From Mobula hypostoma (lineage: Eukaryota): a DNA stretch of 64,000 bases. Under the pieces are notes generated by a model that saw only the letters and a program-made list of their open reading frames with translations, did not search any database and was not told where the DNA came from. Location of the stretch: NCBI RefSeq assembly GCF_963921235.1, contig NC_086108.1, positions 12,276,001 through 12,340,000 on the forward strand, written 5' to 3'. The translations under genes were made by a program, and so were the position numbers. Numbering within the stretch: the stretch's first letter is position 1; every line of letters starts with the position of its first letter. Positions 1 to 11,750 of this stretch are shown in pieces.

Positions 1-460
1 CCCTCATTCTGTTCCCTCTGGTCCTAGACTCCCCTCATAGGAAACATCCTCTCCACATCCACACTTTCTAGGCCTTTCAATACTCAAGAGGTTTCAATGA
101 GATCCTCCAACATTCTGCTAAACTCCAGCAAGCAGAGGGCCAGAGACTTCAAATGTTCCTCATTCTTGTGAACCTTCTCCATTCAATGTCAGTGCGTCCT
201 TTCTTGGATAAGGGGTCCAAAACTGCTCACAATACTCCAAGTGCAGTCTGACCAGTGCCTTATAAAGCCTCAGCATTACATCCTTGCTATTCTATTCCAG
301 TCCTCTCAAAATGAATCTAACATTGCATTTGCCTTCCTTACCAGTGACTCAACCTGCAATTTTACCTTTAGAGAATCCCACATAAGAACTCACAAGTTCC
401 TTTGCACCTCTGATTTTTGAATTTTCTCCCCATTTAGAAACAAGTCCACACTTTTATTCT
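1..460 (-). mobile_element. CR1 LINE fragment (RT C-terminal region); continues at 1642-1790 after a nested insertion
   Basis: Reverse-complement similarity to other CR1 copies in the window (e.g. 4050-4780). The sequence resumes in register at 1642 (gccaaagtatatgatcatgcac). Confidence 0.8.
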
Positions 461-1641
461 TTGTGCTGGAGTTATATGAAGAGGCAACAATAACAATAAA
501 GTCATTTACATTTACTTTCAGAGGGCTTTTGACAAAGTACAGCACAAGAGGTTGATAATCAAATCACAGGAGGTAGGGATTCAGGGTAGGGTGTGCGACT
601 GGGTGCAGAATTGGCTCAAAACCAGAAAACATCGCGCTATGGTGAGAGGATCATTTTCACATCCAGATGTTAAAAGTGGGGTTCCGCAGGATCAGTTTTG
701 GGGCTACTCCTGATTTTTTTATTTGCATTAATGACTTGTAAAAGCACATAAAAAATAAACTAGTAAAGTTTGCCGATGACCCAAAATTAGGGGATGTGCT
801 GATAACATTCAGGCAACAGAATTAATGGTTAGATCTAAACAAAATCCAGATGTGGGCAGATAAATGGCAAATTAAATTTAATGTAAGTAAATGTAAAATA
901 TTACATATAGGAATTAGAAATATTAGATACAAATATACAATGGGGAGGGGTCTTTAGTTAGAAAGTGCACTGTATGAGAATGATTTGGGTGTCCTGGTAG
1001 ACCCATCACTATCAACATCTAGATAATGCACGGAAGTGATTAGGAAGGCTAATAGAATGCTGGGCTATATGATGTGCTCAGTGGAGTTCAAGTCTAGAGA
1101 CGTTCTCCTTAAGCAGTATAATGTGCTTGAAAGGGCACACGAGCACTGTGTGCAGTTTTGGTCTCTATACTGTGTGAGCGATGTGAAGGTACTGGAGAGA
1201 GTTCAGAAAAAGGTGACTAGAGTCATTCCAGGTCTGCAGGCTATGAGCTATGAAAAAAGATTGAAAGAATTAAATCTCTTTTAGTCCAAGTTGACATAGA
1301 ATGAGAGGAGACATGATAGAAGTGTCCAAAATTATTAAGGGTATAAGTAATGAGGATGCCAGCTGCTACTTCAAAATCAATCCATCAATGAGGACATGGG
1401 GCCATAGGTTGAGACTAATGAATGGGAGATTTCAGATTGACATCAGGAAGCATGTCTTTACACAGCGAGTTGTGGACACATGGAACAAACTACCTAGTTG
1501 TGTAGTTCAGAGTAGCACCTTGGAAACTTTCAAATTGAAACTCGATAGCTATTTCAACACAGTATGTGAGTAGGAATTTGGCAAGCATTGTTAAACCGAA
1601 TGGCCTGCTCTTGTCAGAAACTTTCAACTGTTCTTATGTTC
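461..1641 (+). mobile_element. 5'-truncated CR1 LINE nested in an opposite-strand CR1
   Basis: KFADD motif near 765-780. ORFs 1036-1284 (CVQFWS..LERVQKK) and 1301-1573 (MRGDMIEV..FTQRVVDTWNKLP). Ends in ttcttatgttct. Confidence 0.9.
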
Positions 1642-2529
1642 TGCCAAAGTATATGATCATGCACTTCTTTGCCTATTCTCCACCTATTTTCATATCATCT
1701 ACAAACCTGACTACAAAGCCGTTAATTCCTTCATCAAAATCATCAACATGTAATGTGAAAAAATGACCCCACCACCGAACCCTGCGGCACCTCATCCGCC
1801 ATGCTGAGAGGGTGAGGAGAGGAAATCAGGGTGAAGAAGGGAGTCAGAACAGAGAATAGATAAAGAGAGAAGGGGGAGGGGGGGAAGTGCCCACACTTAT
1901 TTGATTTTATCTGAGAGAACTGACATAACAGCCATTTTGAGTTGTCCTCGTAGCCAGTCTGATGTTGGTTCCCTATCTCTGCAATGATGGAAGATGACTT
2001 TGGAAATCTGTGCTTTGGGAATTTTGGGAAATCAAATGCAGGATAAATGCTAAAATAGTCGGGCTGAGTTCAGATGGACACAGTCACAGATCTGAAAGAT
2101 GAGGAACATTTGCTTGAGAAATATCCTGACCTTCCTTCACTCTGTTTTCTCCACACACACGTTTTTGTGCACCTCTTCAGAAGAACCCTGCCATAACTGA
2201 AGCTTTCCACAGCCATCAGAGTCTGTCCTGGGGCCCACACCTCATTTGGGAAGTTCTTTTTTAAATTTACTGGGATACAACATGGAATACGCTTCATACC
2301 CTTTGGCCCACATCATCCAGTAATAAATTAATCCTAGCCCAATCACGGGACAATTTACAATGACCAATTAACCTACCACCTAGTACATCTTTGGACTGTG
2401 GGAGGAAACCAGAGCACCTGGAGGAATTCCACATGGTCGCGGGGAGAACACACAAATTCCTTACAGGCAACACACATCAAAGTTGCTGGTGAACGCAGCA
2501 GGCCAGGCAGCATCTATAGGAAGAGGCGC

Positions 2530-2564
2530 AGTCGACGTTTCAGGCCGAGACCCTTCGTCAGGAC
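2530..2564 (-). ncRNA. Minimal hammerhead ribozyme, mirror copy in the other palindrome arm
   Basis: The reverse complement reads GTC-CTGACGA-agggtctcggcct-GAAACGTC|GACT. Confidence 0.75.
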
Positions 2565-2614
2565 CCTTCGTCAGGACTGACTGAAGGAAGAGTGAGTAAG
2601 GGATCCCTTCAGTT

Positions 2615-2650
2615 AGTCCTGACGAAGGGTCTCGGCCTGAAACGTCGACT
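2615..2650 (+). ncRNA. Minimal type I hammerhead ribozyme (Penelope-type)
   Basis: AGTC-CTGACGA-agggtctcggcct-GAAA-CG-TC|GACT: stem I AGTC/GACT, intact core, palindromic ACGT minimal stem III. Confidence 0.8.
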
Positions 2651-3447
2651 GCACCTCTTCCTAGAGATGCTGCCTGGCCTGCTGCGTTCACCAGCAACTT
2701 TGATGTGTGTTGCTTGAATTTCCAGCATCTGCAGAATTCCTGTTGTTTGCGTTTAAATTCCTTACAGGCAATGGCAGGAACTGAGCCCAGGTCACCTGTA
2801 GTGTAAAACGTTGTGCTAAGCACTATGCTACTGCGCTGTCCCAAGGCAATAGGTTGGAGGATGCATGAGCATAATTAACATTCTGATCATCCTGTCCTCA
2901 GTAAAATGATTCTCCTTTGGGGAATGGATTTTTCCTCATGAGGGCAGGGAAGAGAGAGAGAGGGAGTGTGGAAAATGGCCTTTGGAAATGAAGAAGCTGA
3001 TTCCTTGTGCAAATCGGGAGGTGCTGACAGAGAAGCAGAAAGCAGCAGCTGGCTCCCTCAGCAGCACTTCATATTCCTGGTTTGTGCAAACACTCGTCCG
3101 TAATTGCTTCATTTCATGCATACACAATTCATCACCTTATAATAGACACCGCCGCCTGGCTTTAGCCCAAATCCACAGTGGCTGCACATCGAATGGCTGC
3201 AAAAACAAACCAATCATGAAGCATGAGATGGCAGAGTCAAGGTTGCTGTGATGTAATCAAAGCAGAAAATGCCGGGAACGGCAGGCCAGGCTGCACTAGG
3301 GGAGAGGAAAAGAATTCAGGTCCCAGAAAGAGCCAACAGACTGAAATGTTTCTCAGGAAGGGGTGAGGCCTCAAGCGATTTGAGTTCAAGGTGAGGGAGC
3401 TTTAAATTTTCCACATTGTTCATTAAAACCAGGTTATCCAATCCTGA

Positions 3448-3580
3448 ACAACAGGAATTCTGCAGATGCTGGAAATTCAAGCAACACACATCAAAGCTGC
3501 TGGTGAACGCAGCAGGCCAGGCAGCATCTCTAGGAAGAGGTACAGTCGACGTTTCAGGCCGAGACCCTTCGTCAGGACGA
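3448..3580 (-). mobile_element. Solo Penelope pseudo-LTR fragment with hammerhead motif
   Basis: Nearly identical to 2616-2746. 12-bp TSD atccaatcctga at 3436-3447 and 3581-3592. Hammerhead core at 3544-3578. Confidence 0.85.
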
Positions 3581-3760
3581 ATCCAATCCTGATGCTTTTC
3601 CTTATCGTTCTGTTATCCTGACCTTTCTCTGAACAGTGTGTATGAAGTGTACATAGAATGGTGTACACGTCATGGTGTACACGTCATAGTGTACACATCA
3701 GTTTACACAGCACAACGTACTCACCAGAGAATACACACACCACAGCAAGGTATACACGTC

Positions 3761-5765
3761 ATAGACCATAAGACCATAAGACATAGGAGGAGGATTAGGA
3801 CTTCTGGCTCACTGAATCTGCTTTGCCATTTGATCATTACTGATCATTTTTTTTCCACTTCCCGGCCTTCTCTCCATAACTGATGCCATGGCCAATCAAG
3901 AATCTATCAACCTCTACCTTAAATAGACCCAGTGACCTGGCCTCCACTGCTGCCTGTGGTAATATATTTCACAAATTCACCATTCTTCGGCGAAAAAAAA
4001 ATCTCCACATCTCTGTTTTAAATGGATGTCTCTCTAACTTGAGGCTGTGCCCTCTTGCCCTAGACTCCCCCAGCATGTGAAATATCCTTTCCACATCTAC
4101 TCTGTCTCGGCCTTTCAACATTCAAAGGGTTTCAATGAGACCCCCCCTCATCCTTTTGTATTCCAGCGAGTACAGACCCAGAGCCATCAAATGTTCCTTG
4201 TATGATAACCCCTTCATTCCTGGAATCATCTTTGTGAACCTCCTCTGAACTCTCTGCAATGCCAGCACATCATTTCGTAGATGAGGAGCCCAGAACTGTT
4301 CATAATACTTTAGGTGAGGCCTTATCAGTGCTTTATAAATCTTCAGCATCACATCCCTGTTCTTGTATTCTAGACTTGAAATGAATGCTAACATTGCATT
4401 TGCCTTCCTCACCACAAACTCTACCTGCAAGTTAACCTTTAGGGTGTTCTGCTCAAGTACTCCAAAGTCCCTTTGCATCTCTGATTTTAGGATTTTCTCC
4501 TCATTTAGAAAAGAGTCTGAACATTAATTTCTACTACCAAAGTGCATGACCATACATTTTCCAACATTGTATTTCATTTGCTACTTTCTTGCCCATTTTC
4601 CTAATCTGTCTAAGTCATTCTGCAGCATACCTGTTTCCTCAACACTACCTGCCCCTCCACTTATCTTTGTATCATCTGCAAACTTAGCAATGAAATCATC
4701 TATTCCATCATCTCAATCATTGAAATACAGCATAAAAAGAAGCGGTCCCAACACCGACCCCTGCGGAACACCACTAGTCACTGGCAGCCAACCAGGAAAG
4801 GATCTTTTTATTCCCACTCACGCCTCCTACTAATTAGCCAATACTCTAACCATGCCAGTAAATTTCCTGTAATACCATGAGTTCTTAACTTGGTAAGCAG
4901 CCTCATGTGTGGCACCTTGTCAAAGGCCTTCTGAAAGTCCAAATATACATTCCACTGCATCCCCTTTATCTATCCTACTTGTAATCTGCTCAAAGAATTC
5001 CAACAGGTTTGTCAAGCAAGAATTTCCCTCAAGGAAACCATGCTAACTTGTCCTATCTTACCCTGTGTCACCAAGTACTCCATAATGTCATCCCTAACAA
5101 TTAACTCCAACATCTTCCCAACCACTGAGGTCAGGCTAACTCGTCTATAGTTTCCTTTCTGCTGCCTTCCTCCTCTCTTAAAGAGTGGAGTGACATTTGT
5201 AATTTTCTCGTCCTCTGGCACCATGCCAGAGTCCAATAATTTTCAAAGTTTTCAAAGGTACATTTAATGTCAGAAAAATGTATGCAATATACATCCTGAA
5301 ATGCTTTTTCTTTGCAACCATTCACGAAAACAGAGATCTGCCATCTCCTTGGCCCTTGTTATTATTTCCCTGGCCTCATTTCCTAGTGATCCTATATCTA
5401 CTCTCATCTCTCTTTTATTTTTTACATACTTGAAAAAGCTTTTACTATCTAATTAGATATTGTTTGTTAGCTTGCTTTCATATTTCATCTTTTCCCTCCT
5501 AATGATTCTTTTAGTTGCTCTCTGTAGATCTTTAAAATCTACCCAATCCTTTATCTGCCTGCTAATTTTTGTGTTGTTGCATGCCCTCTCTTTTGCTTTT
5601 ACATTAGCTTTGACTTCCCTTGTCAGCCATGGTTGTACTATTTTGCTATTTGAGTATTTCTGTTTTGGAATACATCTGTCCTGCATCTTCCTCATTTTTC
5701 CCAGAAACTCACACCATTGCTGCTCTGCTGCTATCCATGTCAGCATCTCCTTCCAATTTCCTTTA
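3761..5765 (-). mobile_element. Decayed CR1 LINE ORF2 and 3' end
   Basis: ORF pieces 5453-5770, 5012-5236 (GNYRRVSLTSVVGK) and 4122-4478 (QFWAPHLR..VQRRFTKMIPG). Octamer tail seen as (accataag)n at about 3761-3785. Short foreign LINE-tail insert at about 5240-5335. Confidence 0.9.
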
Positions 5766-5789
5766 CCCAAATCCTCACAGTGTGCATGT

Positions 5790-6030
5790 CAGTATACACT
5801 ACACAATGTACACACCAGAGAATACATATACCACACTGTACACACCATAGTGAACACACAAGTTAACACACCATAGTGAACACACCACAGTGAACTGGCC
5901 AGAGTAAACACACCACAGAAAACTCATCAGAGTAAACACACCATAGTGAACACACAACAGTGAACACACCACAGTGAACACACCACAATAAACTCACCAG
6001 AGTAAACACAACAGAGTGAACACACCACAG
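5790..6030. repeat. Degenerate CA-rich minisatellite (acacaccacagtga-like, about 14 bp); related remnant at 3640-3760
   Basis: Repeated gtgaacacaccacag/ccatag units are directly visible. Confidence 0.8.
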
Positions 6031-6994
6031 AATTACACAGTCTCTCCTCACTTTGCCCATCACTGTATCGTTGACAAGACATTTATCATCAATTCATTGT
6101 CCACCAGGCTGTGATGATCCCCACCTTCCTGGATTGCTCTGAAATCCTCCCTAATCACCTTTAAAAGCCATTGGGACAGGGTCATGGATTGAAAAGGTTT
6201 AGAAGATCATAAAGCCCAGAAGTTTCACAAGATTCTGGAATGGTTCCATAGGATGGCAAAATTGCAAGTATTACTCCAATGACAAGTATGTTAATTAGAA
6301 ACGTTTAAAAGCTTATAAAACTACAAGAATCATTAAAGTCTGGTGATCGTTCAGGATTTGCTGATCCCCACACAGAACCCACAAAACTGAAGTAAGTAGT
6401 CCTCAGCTAGGGGGCTGCTTCAGAAGGAGCTTCCCAGTGCAGACGGCCTCTGCACTTCGGGAGATGGCTACTGCAGTTGAGACTGTCCCAGAGGCACCTG
6501 GGCTATCTGTACAGGTTTCCTCGAGTATCCCTTCTAGTTTGTGCTGCCCCACATTGATCTCCAGTGCTAGCTGTGTCTCCTTGTTTGGGTTGGAGAAGGA
6601 CTGATGTTGACCCTTGTCAGACTGCTGAACTTGAGTGAGGCCAGATATAATTCGCGGAGGTGCAGGGCACCAAAGAATTGCCAACCAGACTGTGCAGCCT
6701 GGAAGCTCCTGGGGAGAGTAGGGTTGGACATTTGGTGTTGGATTTGGGGAAGGAATGAGAGTTATTGGGAGTGAGGGCACAAAGGTGGGGGTATGACCAA
6801 GCAGAAGGATCCCAATGTGAGGGAGGTTCCAATGAGAGCAAGTGGGTAGGAAGGTAGAGGTTGCAGATTTCAATTCGCTTTTCACCCTTTTGGAGAACTT
6901 CTGAATTATCTGGGTTGACCACAACCAGCAGTGAGAAAGGAGCTCACTACACAATAATGTTACCATAAAGCAGCCAACTATGAATTACATTTGA

Positions 6995-7435
6995 GAGGGT
7001 TCAAAGGAGGTTCATGAAAATGATTCCAGTATTGAAAGGTCTGTCATATGTGGAGCATTTGATGGCTCTGGGACTCTACTGACAAGAATTCAGAAAAATG
7101 AGAGGTGATCTCATTGAAACCTGTCAAATATTGAAAGGCTTCGACAGTGGAAATGGAGAGGATGTCTACCACCAGAGGACACATCCTCAGGATAGAGGGG
7201 TGTCCTTTTAGAACAGAGATGGAGAGGAAGTTCCTTTGTCACACGATGGCTAATCTGTGGAATTTGTTGCCACAGGTGGCTGTGGGAGGCCAAGTCACTG
7301 GGTATATTTAAGGGGGAGGTTGATAGATTCTTGATTAGTCAGGGCATGAGGGGATATGGGGAGAAGGCAGGAGATTGCAGCCTGAGAGCGAAAATAGAGC
7401 AGCCATTTTCTGCTCCTATATCTTATGGTCTTATG
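6995..7435 (+). mobile_element. CR1 3' fragment
   Basis: gagagggttcaaaggaggttc...gaattcagaaaaatgagaggtgatctcattgaaacc; tail tcttatggtcttatgg. Confidence 0.8.
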
Positions 7436-7439
7436 GAAA

Positions 7440-8170
7440 AATACATTAACGTCAAGACAAGATTGTCTAATGTTATTTTCAGAACACAAGTGTAAAGGAG
7501 AATGAAATAATTGTTACTCCAGATCTGATGCAGCACACAAAAAAGCATTGTAAGATAAAATATGCAATCCTTTAAAAAAAACAATAAATCATCTACCAGG
7601 GTGCCTCTATGGGCATGAATTGTCTAAATGAATGCATTGGTGACATAGCGGTTAGCAAGACTCTATCACAGATTGGGGCTTTGGAGTTGGGAGTTCAATC
7701 CCAGGGTCCTCTGTAAGGAGTCTATATGTCCTCCCGTGGAATGTGCGTGTTTCTGTCGGGTGCATACGTGGATTCATTGTAGGTCTACAAAGAGACGTAG
7801 ACATGAGAGTGGCTGCACATGAGGTGACTCTGACAGGAAATGATAAAGTAGTGGTGGTTGAGGGTGTGGAGGGGAGGGTTAGTGGGTGGAGGTGCTGATC
7901 AGCCTTACTGCTTGGGGAAAGTAACTGTTTATGAGTCTGATAGTCCTGGTGCAGACGCTATGTAGCCTCCTCCCTCGTGGGACTGGGACAAGCAGTTCAT
8001 GAGCAGGGTGGGTGGGATCCATCATGATGTTACTGACCCTTTTCCGGCAACTTTCTGTATACACGTCCTTCATTGGGGAGGAGGCTGGTGCTGGTGACGT
8101 GCTGAGCAGTTTTGATTACCCGTTGTAGACCCTTCCTGTCCACCACAATGCAGTTTCCATACCACAACAC
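7440..8170 (-). mobile_element. Rex1/Babar-type LINE 3' fragment, with a SINE piece at about 7640-7790
   Basis: ORF 7879-8073 reads IMMDPTHPAHELL..GRRLHSVCTRTIRLINSYFPQAVRLI. Confidence 0.75.
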
Positions 8171-8215
8171 TGAAGAAATCTGAGAGCATGGATGATAGAA
8201 AAAGTGGGGCATGTA

Positions 8216-8437
8216 TGACGCACCTTCAATAACTCCAAAAGACTGAGGTTTGGTAAAATACTGAAAGGCTTTTATTCGCTGTACAATACGACCTCCACGG
8301 TGAGTGTCTGCCCCCGGACTGAGGGGGAGGGGCAAGGCGAACACCTTTATACAGGACTCTGTGGGAGGAGCCACAGGGGCAGTCAGCAGAGGGGCATGTC
8401 CAGACAGGTAACCCAGTTACAAATATCATTTATCACA
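8216..8437 (-). mobile_element. Short solo LTR (222 bp)
   Basis: TG...CA termini. atgta is duplicated at 8211-8215 and 8438-8442. TATAAAG and AATAAA occur in order on the minus strand. Confidence 0.7.
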
Positions 8438-9226
8438 ATGTATGAGGGAAGTGTTAGATTGATTTTAGAATGGGTTAAGGGGTCAGCAGGACATTGTGGG
8501 CCGAAGAACCTGTACAGGCTGTGAGCTACGTTGGATGTGGAATAGGAAATGAGTGAAGTGAGGAGCAGAACTGGGGCTCTGCCTTCACAGCAGCCTCTCT
8601 GGCAGGGCTCCAACAGCTGTGATCATCAATGGAAAACGCTCTCGCATTATCGAGCGCTGGTCAGCAAACACGCAGTCTGCAATTTTATTAATGAGCTTCC
8701 ATTACACGGTGCTCATTAAAAATTTATTGAAGCTGCTCTGTGGCAGAGTGCTGTTGATGAGGGTCAGCTGCTGGGGACTGTTTAAAGCATTAGCTGGGAG
8801 GGTGAATGGAAGGGGTTTGTGTGAGGGGGTATTTCGAAAGACAACAGCAAAGGAAAAGGCAACAGTGCAGTGGGGAATGATAAAGGGCAAGTCATATGAG
8901 CACATAAGTGGCACCAACATTTAGAATCAGGTTGGAAGAAATAAACTGAAAGCATTAAAGTTAAAAATATGAGAGATATTTCACACTAGATTAGGTCAGC
9001 ATAAGCACTTTATTGGGGTCAGTGGAAACTGAAATAACTTAACAGTCTAATTTGTTTTCCTCTGTACATAGGATGGCGAACAACAGGGAGACCACATGGG
9101 AAGATGTTGTGGTGAATCTGCATTAGATATTCCTGGATACACATCCCAAATACCCCTTTTGGAAGGTCTCCTTCAGGCCTTTCATTTACTTGGTTGGTCC
9201 TGAAGGCTCTTAATCACTGCTCCAAA

Positions 9227-9911
9227 GGAGGAGGAGGAGAAGATGGCGGCGCGACGCAGCGCGCAGCAGCCACTCCGGTGAATGAATTCTGTTATCTGTC
9301 AAGTAGGGTGCCGTGCACAATCCTGATTTGATGGAGACAGATGTGAGAGCACAGGGGAACATCTGGAGAAACTTCTGAAATATCTTCTTCGCTGCCGCTA
9401 CTACTGTGTGATCCAGAATCTCCGGAGGAGAAGGCCCCGAGTCCTCAGCTTTGCTTGTTGCTCGGTGGCCGGGGCAAGGTAGAAGTGCTCGGCAGAGACG
9501 GTGCTCGGTGCTCGGTGTCGGAGGGCTGGTCGGGGGCTGGAAGTTTTCAGACGGACTCGAGTTGGCTGAGGTCGGGTGCTTCCAATGCATCGCCAGTTGT
9601 CGGTGCCTGGAGGTTTATGGCAGGGAGAGTTTCTCCCTTTTGCCGCCTGCTATCGGGACTATCGGGAGTCGATCGGAATTTTGAGACTTTTTTTTACCGT
9701 ACCCATGGTCTGCTCTTTATCAAATTATGGCATTGCTTTGCACTGCTGTAACTATATATTATAATTATGTGGTCTTGTCAGTGTTAGTCTTTGGTTTGTC
9801 CAGTTTTTTTTGTGATATTACTCTGGAGGAACATTGTATCATTTCTTGATGCATGCATTTCTAAATGACAATAAACGAGGGCTGAGTGTCCTTATAATCT
9901 AATCTAATCTA
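9227..9911 (+). mobile_element. Non-autonomous LINE-derived retroelement, CpG-rich and probably young
   Basis: 5' aagatggcggcg (YY1-like) start, no coding region, 3' gacaataaa followed by a (taatc)n tail. Confidence 0.65.
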
Positions 9912-10300
9912 AAGAGCAGCACTGAAAGTGGTATCAAGAGTTCTTAGTGCCATAAAGAAAGCTTCTGGCACATTGGCATAAATCACCTGGGTTCTGAAAA
10001 AGGTGGCTGAAGATGCATTAGTAATGATCTTTCAAAAATCAATAGATTCTGGAATAGTTCTGGAAAATCGGAAAATTACAAATGTCACTTCACTCTTCAA
10101 GAACGAAGAGAGACAGAAGTAAGGAAATTATAGGCCAATTGATCTGACCTCAGTGGTTGGGAAGATGCTGGAGATGATTGTTAAGGATGTGGTTTTGAGG
10201 TACTTGGAGGCACATGATAAAATAGGCCATAGTCAGCATGGTTTCTTCAAGAGAACATCTTGCCTGACAAATTTGTTGGAATTCTTTGAAGAAATAACAA

Positions 10301-11750
10301 CTGGAGACAACTAAAAAACTCATTAGTCTCACTCAGTGTCAATAAGGAACTGATTGTAGACCCCAGGAGAGGGAAACCAGAGGTCCATGAGCCAGTAATC
10401 ATCATAGGATCAGAGGTGGATGGGGTCAGTAACTTTAAATTCCTGGGTGTCACTATCTCAGAGGGCCTGTCCTGGACCCATCATATAAATATTATAGTGA
10501 AGAAAGCACATCTGAACCTCTACTTCCTCAGGAGTCTGCGGAGGTTCAGCATATCATTGAAAGCCTTGGTAAACTTCTATAGATGTGTGGTGGAAAGTGT
10601 GCTGATTGGCTGCATTACGGCCTGGTATGGGAATATCAATGCCTTTGAGCGGAAAATCCTAAAAAGGTATTGGATTGAGCACACCTACATGAAACGTTGC
10701 CGTAGAAAAGCAGCATCCATCATCAAAGATCCTCACCACCCAGACCATGGTCTTTTCTCACTGCTGACATCAGGTAGAAGGTACACGTGCCTCAGAACTT
10801 GCACCACCAGGTTCAAGAGCAGTTACCACCCCTCAACCATCAGGCTCTTGAACAAAAGGGGATAGCTACACTCTTTTAAGGACTCTGTTACATCGTTATA
10901 TAATGCTTGTTACTTAATACTATTTATTTATATCTGTATTTGCACAATTTGTTTATAATTATCAGTTCCTGATGTTTACAGTTTACAGTTACCATTCTAT
11001 ACATTTGCTAAGTATGCCTGCAGGAAAAGAATCTCAGGATTGTATATGATTACATGTGTGTACACTTGTGACACTCGCTTTGCCTAGTGCCATGATCTCA
11101 GGGTGATAAACCCCTGCCCGGCCAAACCTTAGAATTCTCATTTGGGTGAATGCTGTGCGATGTGTCCCCTGTTTCAAATCAGTACCCTGTAATGACAAGC
11201 CATACACAGGATGCGGTTAAATCATTAAGATTTTATAACTCTCACTTGAACTATGGGATTAGTAGAGAACCGAAATATAAAATAAAAAGGCGCCAAGAAT
11301 AATAATTAGACAGTTCATGCACAAGTAACACGTTGGAGCTCACGCAATATCCTCGGTCCACCATTCGATCTCCTCCGAACTCCGCTGGGTCCCGAGCCCC
11401 AGCTCGGGGTCCGCTCCGCTAGCCAGCTCACAGCATCTCTTCATGTGCATCTTCTCTCTTCATCCGCATGGCGTGTTCTCCCCAAATCCTGCACAAACAA
11501 CAGCTTACAGACACACAAGAAAGAATAACATCTATCCCAATTGGTTAGCAAAATGAATACAAGTCCCGTTATCAATAATTATAACCCAAACATGCGGCTA
11601 CAGAGAACCCCTTACCTTAGCAGTTAACATTACAAAGAAGCCATTTTGTTATAACACTACAGAGAAGCCATTTGATTAGCCTTAGCAAATAACCTGAAAG
11701 AAGAAACGCCTTAGACACTGATAATAAATTTTGCTTTGAACTTTAAATTT
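10301..11750 (+). mobile_element. Rex1/Babar-type LINE 3' fragment containing a solo LTR
   Basis: ORF 10416-10865 reads FKFLGVTISEGLSW..LYFLRSLRRF..DPHHPDHGLFSLL. 3' end ctgataataaattttgctttgaac. Confidence 0.85.
11067..11715 (-). mobile_element. Solo LTR (649 bp)
   Basis: 4-bp TSD cact at 11063-11066 and 11716-11719. One terminus is TGT, the other mutated. Similar to 39014-39550 and 61160-61495. Confidence 0.75.

Larger units (their letters stand above)
2471..2754. mobile_element. Non-autonomous palindromic Penelope-derived element (inverted pseudo-LTR pair)
   Basis: Inverted arms at about 2467-2587 and 2607-2713. Flanked by a 17-bp direct repeat aaattccttacaggcaa (2454-2470, 2755-2771). 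Arms resemble the 3' repeat of the GIY-YIG-bearing Penelope fragment at 33696-33830. Confidence 0.85.
2300..2845 (-). mobile_element. tRNA-derived V-SINE-like element interrupted by a Penelope-derived insert
   Basis: Contains the V-domain-like segment ctttggactgtgggaggaaaccagagcacctggagg and a tRNA-like head at about 2770-2845. Confidence 0.7.

Noticed and set aside
6403..6966. 187-aa minus-strand ORF in apparently unique sequence
   Set aside because: No recognisable domain and no convincing splice context, so I cannot support it as an exon. BLASTX or RNA-seq would settle it.
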